Shown here in pieces: positions 47,501 to 57,329 of a DNA stretch of 64,000 nucleotides. Source of the stretch: Halanaerobiales bacterium (GTDB lineage: Bacteria; Bacillota; Halanaerobiia; Halanaerobiales; M55B127); contig JAGXLU010000006.1 of assembly GCA_018334565.1 (NCBI GenBank), forward strand, positions 6,056 through 70,055, read 5' to 3'. The notes under the pieces were generated by a model. That model was not told the DNA's origin, did no database searches, and saw only the letters and a program-made list of their open reading frames with translations. The translations under genes were made by a program, and so were the position numbers. Every line of letters begins with the position of its first letter. Within the stretch, counting starts at the first letter, position 1.

Positions 47501-48299
47501 GACTTATCATATTATTCTTCAGTCGAAAATCATCAGCTACTTTGGCGATAAATTGGGCATTGGTCGGCCTACCGATTGTTTCTGATATACAGTAACCGAA
47601 GTAATCTGTAATTTTATTTTTGTTACCCCGCTCCCAGGCTACTTTAATCGCATGTCTGATGGCTCTTTCTACGCGACTGGACTGGGTTGAAAAATTATTG
47701 GCAATCTTGGGGTATAGTTTGTTTGTAATTGAGTTAACTAATCCTAAATTCGTAATACTTAAATAAATAGCGTTTCTTAAATAAAGATAACCTCTGATAT
47801 TAACAGGTATTCCGAACTCATCCAATAATTTACTAATTTCTATATGTATATTGCTCCCTTTATCAACTAAATCTTCATTTTCCTTTATCTTTAAATCATA
47901 ATTTTCGAATTTATATTCCCGGTTTAAATCCTTAATCCTGTTTTTGATACATTCTAGTTCAGTTGGTTTTGACATAAAGTAGTCTATTTCATAGGTCTGT
48001 AAAATCTTTAGTATTTGCTCATTAAGAAAAGATGAAATAATTATTATATTAATTTCTTCCATCATTTGTCTTTCTTTTAGCCTATTTAAAATACTCAATC
48101 CATCTAAATGAGATAAAATCAAGTCCATTATTATATAGTCTGGTTCTGTATCCATGATTAATTCTAAACCTGTTTTGCCGTCATGGGCAGTAGCCACACA
48201 TTCAAACTTTTTTAAACTGCTGAGCTCTTCCTTAAGTTCACTGCAAAATTCTTTGTTTTGATCAATCAATAATATCTCCTGTGTACATTCATTTTCCAT
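47496..48299 (-). CDS. spo0A: Sporulation master regulator Spo0A
   Basis: 267 aa. CheY-like receiver (IIMDLILSHLDG) plus the Spo0A-specific C-terminal domain with SRVERAIRHAIKVAWERG. Confidence 0.95.
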   Translation of the reverse strand: MENECTQEILLIDQNKEFCSELKEELSSLKKFECVATAHDGKTGLELIMDTEPDYIIMDLILSHLDGLSILNRLKERQMMEEINIIIISSFLNEQILKILQTYEIDYFMSKPTELECIKNRIKDLNREYKFENYDLKIKENEDLVDKGSNIHIEISKLLDEFGIPVNIRGYLYLRNAIYLSITNLGLVNSITNKLYPKIANNFSTQSSRVERAIRHAIKVAWERGNKNKITDYFGYCISETIGRPTNAQFIAKVADDFRLKNNMISH

Positions 48300-48444
48300 T
48301 TTTGAATTAAACTCCCCTTTAAATTTTTTAGCATATATAATATGCTTATTAATATATATACTATATAGAAGATGTAATACCTTCTATTTATGGTAATTTT
48401 TTAATTTTATGATAAAAATTATATTAAATGTAACATTTTGTGAA

Positions 48445-50148
48445 CTATATTTTAAATGTATTTTGCTTTTCTTTTGCCATTTTTAACATTTCACGGGCAT
48501 GTTTTTTAGTAGTTTCTGTTAATTTAACCCCGCCCAACATCCGAGCAAGTTCCTCAACTATACCATCTTTTTTAAGTTTTTGTATCTTGGTAACTGTTTT
48601 ATCATTATCACCTAAGCTTTTATCAATATAATAGTGATGATCACCCATACTTGCCACCTGTGGTAAGTGTGATACACAGATAACTTGTCTTTTTTTTGCT
48701 ATTCTGTATAATTTCTCTGCCATCTTTTGGGCCGTTTTGCCCCCAATGCCTTTATCTACTTCATCAAATATCAATGTTTCAACTCGATCTATATCAGCCA
48801 TAATATTTTTAAAAGCCAACATCACACGGGAGAGTTCTCCCCCTGAAATTATCTTAGAAAGCGGTTTAAAACCTTCTCCCGGATTTGTCGAAATCATAAA
48901 CTTAAGATCATCAATACCATTAATAGCTCGCCCAGACTGGCTAAACTGAAGTTTTAAACTTGCTTTTTCCATAGCTAAATCCTTAAGTTCTTGTTCAATA
49001 TCACCGGTAAAATTATCAGCCTGTTTTTTTCTAATTTCAGAAAGGCGACAAGCCGCTTCATCATAATTTTCTTGTAATTTTTTTAAATCTTTTTTTAGAT
49101 TTTTACGAATTTCAGCCTGATTGTTCAATTGATCTAATTTGTCTTGCAACTCTTCTTTATAATCAAAAATATCCTGAATGGAATCACCATATTTTCTCTT
49201 TAATTTATTGATTAGATCAAGACGGTTTTCTATTTTTTCTAATACTTTATGATCAAAATCTAAACCGGATATATAATTATCTATGCTGAAACTTAGCTCT
49301 TCTAACTCATAATATATATTTTGTAAACTCTTTTGAAAATCAGCCAGTTTATCATCATATTCACTGTATTTATTAATCCTTTTTAAATATAAGCCAACAT
49401 TATCAATCATCCCATCTTTATTATATTCTTCCGGGTTGATTAGATCTTCAATTTGTCCGCATAGTTCATAAATATCCTGAAGATTGGATATTTTATTGTA
49501 CTTCTTTAACATTTTCTTATCTTCATCGATCTCTAATTTGGCTTTCTCTATTTCATCGATTTGGAACTTATAGAGGTCAATCTTTCTCGCTCTGTCCTGC
49601 TCGTCTATATTTAAATTAGCCAATTTCTTTTGTATTTTGTTTATCTCATTAAAATATCTTTTGACTTTGTTTTTTAGATTGAGTATGTTCTTTTTTATAT
49701 ATTGATCCAAGATAAAAAGATGTGTCTTTTCATTTAATAAACTCTGCTGTTCATGTTGTCCGTGTATATCAATTAAAAGTGGCGCTATTTTTTGAATTAA
49801 AGATACTGTGACCAGATGTCCATTAATTCTGCCCTTATTTCGTCCATCCTGGTTAATTTCACGAGAAATAATAAGTCCATCTTCTATTTTTTTTATACCA
49901 TTTTTTGCTAATAATTCTTCTATCTCATCCATCTTATTTGGATGAAAAAGAGCTTCAATATAGGCTGTTATTTTATCTGTCCTGATAATCTCTTTATAGG
50001 CCCGAGCCCCCATTAAAATATCTAAAGCATCCAATATTATTGATTTACCCGCACCAGTTTTACCAGTCAAAACATTAAAACCTACTTGAAATTTAATATT
50101 TAGTTCATCAATTAGGGCAAAATTTTTAATGTTAAGTTCAGTTAACAT
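48445..50148 (-). CDS. recN: DNA repair protein RecN
   Basis: 567 aa. Walker A GKTGAGKS, a coiled-coil centre, and C-terminal SGGELSR with Walker B LIFDEVD. Confidence 0.95.
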   Translation of the reverse strand: MLTELNIKNFALIDELNIKFQVGFNVLTGKTGAGKSIILDALDILMGARAYKEIIRTDKITAYIEALFHPNKMDEIEELLAKNGIKKIEDGLIISREINQDGRNKGRINGHLVTVSLIQKIAPLLIDIHGQHEQQSLLNEKTHLFILDQYIKKNILNLKNKVKRYFNEINKIQKKLANLNIDEQDRARKIDLYKFQIDEIEKAKLEIDEDKKMLKKYNKISNLQDIYELCGQIEDLINPEEYNKDGMIDNVGLYLKRINKYSEYDDKLADFQKSLQNIYYELEELSFSIDNYISGLDFDHKVLEKIENRLDLINKLKRKYGDSIQDIFDYKEELQDKLDQLNNQAEIRKNLKKDLKKLQENYDEAACRLSEIRKKQADNFTGDIEQELKDLAMEKASLKLQFSQSGRAINGIDDLKFMISTNPGEGFKPLSKIISGGELSRVMLAFKNIMADIDRVETLIFDEVDKGIGGKTAQKMAEKLYRIAKKRQVICVSHLPQVASMGDHHYYIDKSLGDNDKTVTKIQKLKKDGIVEELARMLGGVKLTETTKKHAREMLKMAKEKQNTFKI

Positions 50149-50163
50149 CTAGTTCCTCCTATC

Positions 50164-50619
50164 TTAATTCATTAATTCCTTAAGATCTTCAAATACTTTT
50201 TCTGTTTTATGGGAAGGTTTAATAATTAAAAGTAGAGTATCATCGCCAGCTACACTGCCCATTATGTGATCCCAGTTGGCATTATCCAAAGCCTCTCCCA
50301 AGCCACCAGCAGTTCCCTTAACAGCTTTTAACAGAATAAGGTTTTCACTAAAATCGATATCTGCCACTAGGTTATTGAACATTTTTTTGAGCCAGTATTT
50401 GTTCTCTGCACTAGACTTCTGGTCTGCTTTTGCATATTTATAGCCGCCTTCTTTATCAGGTATCTTGATTAAACCCAACTTTTTTATATCACGTGAAATA
50501 GTTGCTTGAGTGACATCAATCCCCATTTCTTCTAACTTCTTTACAAGTTCTTTTTGCGTCCTAATGATTTCATTTTTAATCAGATTTAGTATTTTTAGTT
50601 GCCTCTTGTTTTTCATCAA
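50164..50619 (-). CDS. argR: Arginine repressor ArgR/AhrC
   Basis: 151 aa. Winged-helix N-terminus (QATISRDIKKLGL) and a C-terminal GT.AGDDT oligomerisation/arginine-binding block. Confidence 0.9.
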   Translation of the reverse strand: MMKNKRQLKILNLIKNEIIRTQKELVKKLEEMGIDVTQATISRDIKKLGLIKIPDKEGGYKYAKADQKSSAENKYWLKKMFNNLVADIDFSENLILLKAVKGTAGGLGEALDNANWDHIMGSVAGDDTLLLIIKPSHKTEKVFEDLKELMN

Positions 50620-50629
50620 TAATCTCCTC

Positions 50630-51535
50630 CTAAACTAATCCAACTCTCATCTTATTTCTTAATATTGTATAAAAAGTCCTATCAGGAAACTTTATTAAAG
50701 ATAATTCATCTTCAGAAGATTCTATTCTTACAATATCACCTTCTATAACCTTAATAGAATTTCTACCATCCGTGGTCAAATATATCTTATCTTTTTCTCC
50801 TTTTACAGCTATCTCAATCACTTCTTCATCTGAGATGACCATCGGTTTAACATGAACGGCATGTGGGTTAAGTGGGGTAATTAATAGTGCTTTAACCTGG
50901 GGATTAATAATCGGTCCACCTGCCGAAAAAGAATAAGCTGTAGACCCGGTTGGGGTTGAAACTATAATCCCATCCCCCCGATAAGAATTAACGAATTCAC
51001 TGTTAATATGCATATCTACCTTTAACATCTGACCATCTGCTCCCCTATTGATTACCACATCATTAACTGCAGATCTCTTCTGAGCTTTTTTATTATTCCT
51101 TAATAAAGTTACTTTTAAGGTGTTGCGGCTCTCCACTTTGTAATTACCATTTACAAGATGAGTAAGAGCTTCTTCTAATTCATTTGTTTCCACTTCAGTC
51201 AAAAAACCTATTTTACCCAGATTGATTCCCATTAATGGTACATCTGTACCGATAAAATTCAAAGAGGTATGCAAAAAGGTCCCATCTCCTCCCAATAAAA
51301 TAATGAGATCCGCCTTGGTTCTAAGTTCTTCATAACTGGCTTTTTTATGGTTGAGGTTTAATTTTTCTGCTCCCTCTTTCTCCAAAAGATAGTCCAGCTT
51401 CTTTTCCTTGATCAATTTAATCATCTCTTTTGAAACCTTGAGAGAATTATCTTTTTCAGAATTTAATACAAGTCCGATAGTTTTGATATTATTCATCCCC
51501 TTTTTAAAGATCCTGATGGGCTTTATCCACCACAT
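50630..51535 (-). CDS. nadK: NAD kinase
   Basis: GGDGT motif (LGGDGTFLH) and TPTGSTAYSFSAGGP. The start is ambiguous: the ATG at 51535 has an AAAGGA ribosome-binding site but overlaps tlyA by 32 nt, and the alternative ATG at 51496 (MNNIKTIG) does not. Confidence 0.9.
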   Translation of the reverse strand: MWWIKPIRIFKKGMNNIKTIGLVLNSEKDNSLKVSKEMIKLIKEKKLDYLLEKEGAEKLNLNHKKASYEELRTKADLIILLGGDGTFLHTSLNFIGTDVPLMGINLGKIGFLTEVETNELEEALTHLVNGNYKVESRNTLKVTLLRNNKKAQKRSAVNDVVINRGADGQMLKVDMHINSEFVNSYRGDGIIVSTPTGSTAYSFSAGGPIINPQVKALLITPLNPHAVHVKPMVISDEEVIEIAVKGEKDKIYLTTDGRNSIKVIEGDIVRIESSEDELSLIKFPDRTFYTILRNKMRVGLV

Positions 51536-52316
51536 CAGCTATCCTTTTACCCCAGAAAAAAAGATCATTATTATATTCTTCTTTTTGTAAATGAATTAAA
51601 TACTCAATATTTTGACTGGATGCCCCTTTAATAGGAGAAAAATCAAGATCCTGTAATCTCAGTTCTTGTTGATCAAAAAACTGACTTAACTTAGTTAATA
51701 CTTCTCGGTGTACATTCTTATCCTTAACAATACCCTTTTTTTTCACTTTGGCTTTACCCGCTTCAAACTGAGGTTTAATCAATGCTATAATCTGTCCATT
51801 TTCTTTTAAAAATTGCAGGGCTTTTGGTATAATAAGGCGCAGTGAAATAAAAGAAACATCAATCACGATCAAATCGGCCAATTCTTGTATTTGTTCGGTC
51901 TCCATATATCTGAAGTTTGTTTTTTCAATGACTGTTACTTTTTTATCGTTTCTTAATTTCCAGGCCAGCTGTCCATAACCTACATCAACAGCATATACTC
52001 TTTTTGCACCGTTTTGCAAAAGGCAATCTGTAAAACCACCGGTCGAAGCTCCTATATCAATAGCTATCATATTAACAGTGTTTACTGAAAAAACTTCTAA
52101 TGCTTTTTCTAATTTAAGCCCTCCCCTACTTACATAGGGAAGAGAATTCCCCTTTATTTCAATCTTTGAATTAACATCAATTTTACTGCCCGGTTTATCT
52201 ACTATTTCATCATCTACATATACTTCCCCGGCCATAATTGACCGCTGGGCTTTATTACGCGAACTGAAATATCCCTTTTGTTTTAAGAAAATATCTATGC
52301 GTTCTTTGGATGCCAT
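51504..52316 (-). CDS. tlyA: TlyA family rRNA (cytidine-2'-O)-methyltransferase
   Basis: 270 aa. N-terminal S4 domain, and FtsJ-type SAM motif IDIGASTGGFTD. Confidence 0.9.
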   Translation of the reverse strand: MASKERIDIFLKQKGYFSSRNKAQRSIMAGEVYVDDEIVDKPGSKIDVNSKIEIKGNSLPYVSRGGLKLEKALEVFSVNTVNMIAIDIGASTGGFTDCLLQNGAKRVYAVDVGYGQLAWKLRNDKKVTVIEKTNFRYMETEQIQELADLIVIDVSFISLRLIIPKALQFLKENGQIIALIKPQFEAGKAKVKKKGIVKDKNVHREVLTKLSQFFDQQELRLQDLDFSPIKGASSQNIEYLIHLQKEEYNNDLFFWGKRIADVVDKAHQDL

Positions 52317-54208
52317 AATTTACCCTCCAGGTCACCCTTAAAAAAGTCTGAAGTGAACTTAGCAATACCCTCTGCATTGAGGTTATATATTTCCCTTAAT
52401 TCCTGTATGGATCCATGGGTAACGAAATCATCATCTATCCCCATTCTCTTTATAATAGTATTGTTTATATTCATATCTCCCATCAGTTCTAAAACAGAAC
52501 TGCCAAAACCACCTTTTAGGGTGTTATCCTCAACTGTAATGACCTTGTCATATTTTATTAATTTTTTGCTCAGCATTTTCCTATCCAGTGGTTTTATAAA
52601 ACGGGCATCAATAACTTCTGCTTTAATACCCATTTTCATTAACAAATCAGCAGCTTTTAAAGAAGGGTATACCATTGAACCCACCGCTAAAATTAAGATA
52701 TCACCCACATCTGTCAAACTTTCAGCAGTACCAATTTCAATCTCTTTTAAATCTTGATCTAAAGAAACGCCCTGTCCTTCCCCACGCGGATAACGAACAG
52801 CTGTGGGATAAGGATAGTTAACAGAAGTCCAGATCATATGCTGCAGCATATTTTCATCGCGAGGAGCCATTAAAACCATATTTGGAATCAAACGCAGATA
52901 ACTTAAATCAAAAATACCATGGTGAGTTTCTCCGTCATCACCCACCAGCCCTGCTCTATCTAAAAATAATGAAACTGGCAGTTTCTGTAAAGCTACATCC
53001 TCTATTACCTGGTCAAAGGCCCTCTGTAAAAAAGTTGAATAGATAGCAACTAGAGGTTTTAAACCACCTCGAGCCATCCCGGCAGATAAAGTAATAGCAT
53101 GCTGTTCTGCGATTCCTACATCGAAAAACTCATCTGGATATTTTTTTTCAAAAATATCCAGCCCAGTTCCCGAAGCCATTGCAGCAGTTATACCCACCAC
53201 TTTATTACCAAGTTCTTCCCTTATCTTGAGAGCAGTCTGGCCAAAAACCTGGCTGTAAGTCTTGGTTTTACGACTACTTTTAGCCTGACCATTGCTGATA
53301 TCAAATGGACTTACCCCATGGTATTTACTCGGCTTTTCTTCAGCAGGGTTATAGCCTTTTCCCTTAGTAGTATTAACATGTATTAAAACTGGTCCCTTGA
53401 TCTCATCGGCTTTCTTAAAATTTTTGACCAATTCTTTAATATTATGACCATCAATAGGTCCCAGATAGGTTAAACCTAATTCTTCAAATAAAATGCCCTG
53501 GATAATTGCATATTTTAAACCTTTTTTGACTCTTTCAACCGATTTTGCCACACCCCCACCAATCTTGGGAATCTTTTCTATTATAAACTCAATATCTTCC
53601 TTGAGTTTACTGATCATAGGATCAGTTCTGACCTTGGAAAGATAGTTAGAAAGGGCCCCTACATTGGCTGAAATTGACATATTATTATCATTAAGGATAA
53701 CCTTTATATCCTCATTTAAGTTACCTACATTATTAAGGGCTTCAAAGGCCATACCGGCCGTTAAAGCTCCATCACCGATAACCGAATATATTTTTCCCTG
53801 CTTATTTAATTTATTACGGGCTAGAGAAAGTCCTAAGGCTGATGATATAGAAGTGCTGGTATGTCCGGCTTCAATAATATCATGTACACTTTCTTCTCTT
53901 TTTAGATAACCACTTAAACCACCTTTTTGTCTGATCGTGGACATCTTGTCTTTTCTACCGGTCAGGATTTTATGAGTATAACTTTGATGACCTACATCCC
54001 AAACAATCTTATCGGTAGGGCTGTTTAGGTAATAATGTAGGGCTACAGTTAGTTCAACCACACCCAGATTAGAAGCTAAGTGCCCGCCCGTCTTTGAAAT
54101 ACTAATTAAAAGAAAATCTCTAATTTCTTCCGCAAGTTGTTTTAATTCTTCATATGAAAATTTATTTAAATCCTGAGGATCTTTTATTTGATCAAGCAAA
54201 CCACTCAT
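52295..54208 (-). CDS. dxs: 1-deoxy-D-xylulose-5-phosphate synthase
   Basis: 637 aa. GGHLASNLG, the TPP motif GDGALTAGMAFEALN, and the transketolase-like C-terminus. Confidence 0.95.
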   Translation of the reverse strand: MSGLLDQIKDPQDLNKFSYEELKQLAEEIRDFLLISISKTGGHLASNLGVVELTVALHYYLNSPTDKIVWDVGHQSYTHKILTGRKDKMSTIRQKGGLSGYLKREESVHDIIEAGHTSTSISSALGLSLARNKLNKQGKIYSVIGDGALTAGMAFEALNNVGNLNEDIKVILNDNNMSISANVGALSNYLSKVRTDPMISKLKEDIEFIIEKIPKIGGGVAKSVERVKKGLKYAIIQGILFEELGLTYLGPIDGHNIKELVKNFKKADEIKGPVLIHVNTTKGKGYNPAEEKPSKYHGVSPFDISNGQAKSSRKTKTYSQVFGQTALKIREELGNKVVGITAAMASGTGLDIFEKKYPDEFFDVGIAEQHAITLSAGMARGGLKPLVAIYSTFLQRAFDQVIEDVALQKLPVSLFLDRAGLVGDDGETHHGIFDLSYLRLIPNMVLMAPRDENMLQHMIWTSVNYPYPTAVRYPRGEGQGVSLDQDLKEIEIGTAESLTDVGDILILAVGSMVYPSLKAADLLMKMGIKAEVIDARFIKPLDRKMLSKKLIKYDKVITVEDNTLKGGFGSSVLELMGDMNINNTIIKRMGIDDDFVTHGSIQELREIYNLNAEGIAKFTSDFFKGDLEGKLWHPKNA

Positions 54209-54298
54209 TTATGTTTCCCCCTACAAATATTTAATTTAAGATATTGATTATTAGCTTTCAATCTATTATTCATGAATGAATACTTGAAAAGCATTATA

Positions 54299-54327
54299 AT
54301 TATAACATATGTAAGGTAGACCTGCAA
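54299..54327 (-). promoter_or_regulatory. Sigma-A type promoter for dxs
   Basis: The minus strand reads TTGCAG-17 nt-TATAAT (-35 at 54322-54327, abutting the ispA stop; -10 at 54299-54304). Confidence 0.55.
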
Positions 54328-55221
54328 TTAACTATCTCTATTTAAGATATAATTTATTAATGAGGTTAAAAATTCAGCTTCTTTAAATATTTTAAGTGCT
54401 TTTCGGGCTTTATCGGCTGTCTTAACAGCCTTTTCACGTGCTTTAGCTAAACCAAGTATACTGACATATGTGCTTTTATTTAACTCTTCATCACTACCAA
54501 TAGGCTTACCCATCTTGTCATAATTACCTGTTTTATCCAATATATCATCTGTAATTTGAAAGAGTAGGCCGAGTTTTTCTGCATAATTATCAAGGGCTTC
54601 TTCTTGCTCTTGGTCGATAGAAGCACAATATGCTCCTCCTAAAACTGCTGCCTTAAATAAAGCCCCTGTCTTAAATTGATGGATTTTCATTAAAGTATCT
54701 AAATCAATTTTCTGATCCTCATACCTAATATCAAGGCTCTGTCCACCTACCATACCTAAAAATCCAGCTTTATCTGCTACAAGTTTTATTATCTTAACTA
54801 TTTTTGTGGGTTCTAAATTCAATGAAGCAAGCTGGCGGAAAGCAAAGGTTAACAAAGCATCCCCAGTTAGAACTGCCATGCCTTCTCCAAATACTTTATG
54901 GTTGCTAAGTTGACCGCGGCGATAATTATCATCATCCATAGCCGGAAGGTCATCATGAATTAAAGAATAGCTGTGGATAAATTCAAGGGCCAGTCCCAAA
55001 TCATAGGCCGCTTTTAGATTTCCTTTAAACATCTCGGCCACCTTAACAGTTATAATTGGTCTAATCCTTTTGCCGCCTGCACTTAATGAATATTCCATGG
55101 AATCCAATATACTATTTAAGGTAAAGTCTGATTTTTGGCGAAGTCGATCTATCTTATCAATTATTTTTTGATCTACTTTTTTCTTTTCTGTTTTGATGAC
55201 CTGATCTATTGCTTGCATCAT
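54328..55221 (-). CDS. ispA: Farnesyl diphosphate synthase (polyprenyl synthetase)
   Basis: 297 aa. First DDxxD region HDDLPAMDDDNYRRG and second DDILD. Confidence 0.9.
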   Translation of the reverse strand: MMQAIDQVIKTEKKKVDQKIIDKIDRLRQKSDFTLNSILDSMEYSLSAGGKRIRPIITVKVAEMFKGNLKAAYDLGLALEFIHSYSLIHDDLPAMDDDNYRRGQLSNHKVFGEGMAVLTGDALLTFAFRQLASLNLEPTKIVKIIKLVADKAGFLGMVGGQSLDIRYEDQKIDLDTLMKIHQFKTGALFKAAVLGGAYCASIDQEQEEALDNYAEKLGLLFQITDDILDKTGNYDKMGKPIGSDEELNKSTYVSILGLAKAREKAVKTADKARKALKIFKEAEFLTSLINYILNRDS

Positions 55222-55241
55222 AACCTCCTTTTGAAATCTTA

Positions 55242-55273
55242 AAAAGAGAGGCAGGAAAAACCCCCTCTCTTTT
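55242..55273 (-). terminator. Symmetric intrinsic terminator between the GltD-like gene and ispA
   Basis: A perfect 10-bp stem, AAAAGAGAGG-12 nt-CCTCTCTTTT, lies 10 nt after the stop at 55284. On the minus strand the GAGAGG/CCTCTC core is followed by TTTTT. It ends only 20 nt before the ispA ATG. Confidence 0.65.
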
Positions 55274-55283
55274 AAGTTTAGCT

Positions 55284-57329
55284 TTATCTCTTCTTTTCCT
55301 TCCAGTCAAGAGCCCCTACCGGGCAAACTTCTATACATTCACCACAGTCTTTACAATCAACGGGAAGTGGTTTTTCAAGTTCCGTTCCCACCCGTGTGTA
55401 GTAGCCTCTCTCTTTAAACTCTAAGAGATATTTATTTACTACTTCTTTACATACCTTTATACAGGCCTCACATTTAATACATTTACCGGGATCTCGAATT
55501 ATCTCAGGATGCCTCATGTCATAGTCAAATCTTATCTTCTCTCCGACCATCGCTTCAGGATGAGCCTTATATTCTTCAGAGTAATCCTTTAGCTTACAAT
55601 CCTCTTTATAAGAACAACTACATTCTATACACCGTTCTGCCTCTTTTTTGACTTCTTCTTCAGTCAAGGTCTTATTGGTTTCTTTAAAGCTGTTTGTTCT
55701 CTGTTTATCAGAAATATATTCAAGTTCTGCTCTCTTTCTTTCAACCGGTTCTTTAATGAGAACCAAATCATCTTTGCTTAAAGACTGCCAGTGACCTCTG
55801 GAAACATTTATATTATAATCTCGTTTATATTCTTTACCTTTCAGAAAAGCAGCCACACTGTTGGCCGTTTCTCTACCTGCTCCAATCGCTTCCACAACGG
55901 TAGCAGGTCCCGTAACACAATCCCCTGCTGAAAATAGATTTCCTTCTACAAGATAATTATCATCCTGAGCATCAACATCTCCCCAGCGGTTAGTTAAAAC
56001 ACCTTCGGGAGCATCGGTACTCTGTCCAATTGCTGCAATTACTGTATCAGCTTCTACTTCAAATTCACTACCTTCAATAGGTATGGGTTTGCGCCGTCCG
56101 GAAGCATCTTTTTCACCAAGTTCCATCTTAATACAGGTTAAAATCAATCTACCGTTTTCTTTTCTTAATTTGATCGGTTGTGTTAAAAATTTGAATTTAA
56201 CAGCTTCTTCCTGGGCTTCAATTAATTCAATTTGATCAGCTGGCATTTGTTTTTCAGTCCGGCGGTAATATACATATACATCTTGCTTTGTCAAACGAAC
56301 CGTACTTCTGGCACAGTCCATTGCAGTATTACCCCCACCTACAATGATTGTTTCACCGGGATCATCACCCGACCAACCCTGGCGCCCAAGCTCTTCTAGA
56401 TAATCAATACCGCCCACAGCTAGTTCTTCACCTTCTGTTCTCATTGAACGTGAACACCAACTACCAATAGTTAAAACTACGGCATCATAATCTTCTTTTA
56501 ATTGATCTAATTTAACATCCTCACCCAATTTTTGATTACAATAGACATCAATCCCACCCATTTTTTCAAAATGGGCTAATTCCGTGTCTAAAACATCTTT
56601 AGGCAGCCTATATTCAGGAATACCATAGCGCAACATTCCGCCTGGTTTGGGCATCATATCAAACAAATCACTCTTAATTCCCTTTAATCTAAGATAGTAT
56701 GCTACCGTATAACCAGCCGGCCCAGCCCCCACAATTGCTATTTTTTTATTACCTAATTTAGGTAGGTCTTCTAAATAATCTTCATAATGGAGATCGGCCG
56801 CAAATCTCTTAACATCATTTATATTTACAGCCTGATCATCTATAACGTTACGACGACAATCTTCTTCACAAAACCTTGGACATACTCTTCCAATTGACAT
56901 GGGAAGTGGTAATCTCTCTTTTATAATTTTAAGAGCCTCTAAAAAGTCTCCCTTACGAGCAGCCCTTAAGTAATCTTCAATCTGAATACCGGCCGGACAA
57001 GCCATAGTACAGGGAGCCTCACAGTCACCAGAATGTTCAGATAAAAGTAGGTTTAAAGCAGTTTTTCTCATTTCAAAAATATCATCACTTGTTGCTTCTA
57101 TATCCATACCATCTGTTATCTTAGAAGAACAACTTGGAATATAATTGCCAGTTTTTTTATCTTTGACCATACAAAGAAAACAGGAAGTTGAGGTCGACAG
57201 CTGTTCGTGATAACAAAGGGTTGGAATTGAAATTCCATTATCTTCTGCTACTTCTAATATTGTCTGTCCCTCTTCAGCTGTAATTTCTTTTTCATCTATT
57301 CTTAGATTTACTTTAGCCATTTTTTTCAC
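55284..57329 (-). CDS. Fusion flavoprotein: NuoG-type N-terminal [2Fe-2S] + GltD/NfnB-like FAD/NAD(P)H oxidoreductase + C-terminal [4Fe-4S] ferredoxin domain
   Basis: 681 aa. CYHEQLS..SCFLCMV, the GltD N-terminal FeS block (GRVCPRFCEEDCRR), Rossmann motifs VGAGPAGY and VGGGNTAMDCA, and C-terminal CxxCxxCxxxC(P) motifs. Confidence 0.8.
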   Translation of the reverse strand: MKKMAKVNLRIDEKEITAEEGQTILEVAEDNGISIPTLCYHEQLSTSTSCFLCMVKDKKTGNYIPSCSSKITDGMDIEATSDDIFEMRKTALNLLLSEHSGDCEAPCTMACPAGIQIEDYLRAARKGDFLEALKIIKERLPLPMSIGRVCPRFCEEDCRRNVIDDQAVNINDVKRFAADLHYEDYLEDLPKLGNKKIAIVGAGPAGYTVAYYLRLKGIKSDLFDMMPKPGGMLRYGIPEYRLPKDVLDTELAHFEKMGGIDVYCNQKLGEDVKLDQLKEDYDAVVLTIGSWCSRSMRTEGEELAVGGIDYLEELGRQGWSGDDPGETIIVGGGNTAMDCARSTVRLTKQDVYVYYRRTEKQMPADQIELIEAQEEAVKFKFLTQPIKLRKENGRLILTCIKMELGEKDASGRRKPIPIEGSEFEVEADTVIAAIGQSTDAPEGVLTNRWGDVDAQDDNYLVEGNLFSAGDCVTGPATVVEAIGAGRETANSVAAFLKGKEYKRDYNINVSRGHWQSLSKDDLVLIKEPVERKRAELEYISDKQRTNSFKETNKTLTEEEVKKEAERCIECSCSYKEDCKLKDYSEEYKAHPEAMVGEKIRFDYDMRHPEIIRDPGKCIKCEACIKVCKEVVNKYLLEFKERGYYTRVGTELEKPLPVDCKDCGECIEVCPVGALDWKEKKR

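Noticed and set aside
54972-54980. A perfect DnaA-box sequence, TGTGGATAA, plus a near match at about 51518-51526
   Set aside because: These are isolated single boxes inside the ispA and nadK/tlyA coding sequences. There is no cluster, no AT-rich unwinding element and no dnaA/dnaN context, so this is not an origin.
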